This document shows positions 63,580 to 64,000 of a DNA stretch of 64,000 bases, piece by piece. Source of the DNA: Botryllus schlosseri (lineage: Eukaryota); contig CM119371.1 in assembly GCA_051294905.1 (NCBI GenBank), forward strand, positions 21,640,001 to 21,704,000, given 5' to 3'. A program made the translations under genes and the position numbers. Within the stretch, counting starts at the first letter, position 1, and each line of letters opens with the position of its first letter. Under the pieces are notes generated by a model that saw nothing but the letters and a program-made list of their open reading frames with translations, was not told the origin of the DNA and made no database searches.

Positions 63580-64000
63580 TGCCGGGGCTCATGCCTCATT
63601 ATAACAGCAAACAGACTGCGGGGCGCATAACATTATCACCATGTATTTGTTGGAAATATTAAATACACTGTATTCACCAGTCGTATACGGACGTTTATTA
63701 CGTGCCTTGCATTCTAAAGCACTAGTGAACAGCGTTCATAAGTTTGCAGTTACTGTTTTCTGTGTGAATTTAGTCATCTTCCAGTGGCACAAGTCAGCAT
63801 TGTCAAGTTAATGTTTTGGGCGGGCCCCCGGAAAAAGCTCCGCATTGCAGAAAAACTGTCCCCGCACACATTTGTGCTGAATTTCCTCTGCAACTGTGTC
63901 CACTCTGAGAAAATTCAGTCAGATTATTCGATATGCAATATCTGTTTGCGAGTCGGTGGACCAATGCTATAAGGCGAGAGTAGCCTATACGACTGACACA
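63580..64000. mobile_element. Fragment related to the left part of the 55801-59952 hAT
   Basis: Shares cattataacagc..ccagtcgtatacgg..tgtccactctga with 55835-56400. Confidence 0.7.

Overview
This window is AT-rich animal (probably marine invertebrate) genomic DNA made almost entirely of nested transposable elements. I can support no intact host gene. It opens with a head-to-head inverted pair of near-identical 5'-truncated Penelope-like retroelements (PLEs; RT + GIY-YIG), the right-hand copy being split by a 6.5-kb composite hAT element. The rest holds many hAT elements/MITEs with 8-bp target-site duplications (TSDs), two CACTA/EnSpm elements (one with a spliced SAMD3-like cargo gene), a piggyBac derivative, a spliced Harbinger transposase remnant, I/Nimb-type, CR1/L2-type and L1/Tx1-type LINEs, and tRNA-derived SINEs. 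The most notable signal is a set of minimal type I hammerhead ribozymes from two unrelated sequence families. Both share a predicted loop-II/5'-flank pseudoknot. One family occurs as short non-coding head-to-head palindromes (a candidate PLE-dependent retrozyme), and one copy has a hAT insertion whose TSD is the catalytic core. All coordinates and family calls were read by eye; no searches were run.
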